Below, one piece after another: positions 63,665 through 64,000 of a stretch of DNA of 64,000 nucleotides (positions are counted from its first letter, which is position 1; each line of letters begins with the position of its first letter). This DNA comes from Longimicrobiales bacterium (GTDB lineage Bacteria; Gemmatimonadota; Gemmatimonadetes; Longimicrobiales; Gaopeijiaceae): positions 626,336-690,335 of the forward strand of contig CBDDCX010000007.1 in the NCBI GenBank assembly GCA_965226375.1, read 5' to 3'. The position numbers and the translations under genes are program-made. The notes below the pieces were generated by a model. That model had not been told where the DNA came from. It was given only the letters and a program-made list of their open reading frames with translations, and did no database searches.

Positions 63665-64000
63665 ATGTATCGCAACGTAACTTCGAGTCTGAAGACTCTG
63701 GGATTCTTGACCGTGACCGCGATGGCCCTCGTATCGCCTCTGGAGGGACAGCGCTCCGGACCCGAGATCTGGGGAGCCAACTGCGGCCGCTGCCACCTCA
63801 TCCAGCCGACCAATCGTTACGACGCCAAGGCCTGGGAAGACATCGGCCTACACATGGCGATCACCGCACGGCTGACGTCCGCTGAGACGACGGAGGTCAT
63901 CGACTTCCTGAAGAGTGCGGCACGCCGAATCGCCGCTCTGGAGGAGCTCGAGCAGGCGGAGATCATTCGGGTAGCAAGCCTCATCAACATCGCACCGGCC
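63665..64000 (+). CDS. Periplasmic c-type cytochrome, 3'-partial
   Basis: AGGAGG RBS; my translation gives MYRNVTSSLKTLGFLTVTAMALV..GPEIWGANCGRCH..HM.. with a CxxCH heme motif. Not in the ORF track because it runs off the window. Confidence 0.85.
   Translation, partial: MYRNVTSSLKTLGFLTVTAMALVSPLEGQRSGPEIWGANCGRCHLIQPTNRYDAKAWEDIGLHMAITARLTSAETTEVIDFLKSAARRIAALEELEQAEIIRVASLINIAPA

Overview
GC-rich bacterial DNA. The SusC/SusD pair, secreted amidohydrolase and LVIVD-repeat beta-propellers are consistent with a Gemmatimonadota-like host, but that is inference only. The window is a mosaic of mobile-element debris around a cargo block. (1) 1.4-13.3 kb: an ICE-like unit with an operator/promoter, an HTH-AlpA regulator, virB2-3-4-9-10-5-6-8, an uncharacterised gene ('orfX'), a hairpin and a P4-type tyrosine integrase. 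It has no virB11, relaxase or linked coupling protein. (2) 13.7-40.5 kb: a truncated Mrr-like nuclease, an IS3, an oxc-like/frc/acyl-CoA ligase cluster, five LVIVD-repeat paralogues that show mosaic exchange, an amidohydrolase, GGT and SusC/SusD. (3) 40.5-54.3 kb: IS3/IS256/IS481/IS110 copies and fragments, a satellite-like primase remnant, a broken integrase with a tRNA-Lys att fragment, YjzC and a SIR2-domain gene. (4) 54.7-64 kb: a complete IS1111-type element, a 3'-truncated group II intron, two more remnants of the same ICE family (one with virD4), a second P4-type integrase and a c-type cytochrome. Most notable: orfX occurs three times, each time followed about 30 nt downstream by a 7-bp hairpin whose stem sequence differs between copies but always pairs perfectly. 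Two copies also share a ~90-bp structured element. Together these make a candidate novel relaxase/oriT or protein-ncRNA module. Also notable: the bridge/seekRNA guides of the IS1111 element can be read directly against its own target and donor junctions. All family calls come from motif recognition, not database searches.
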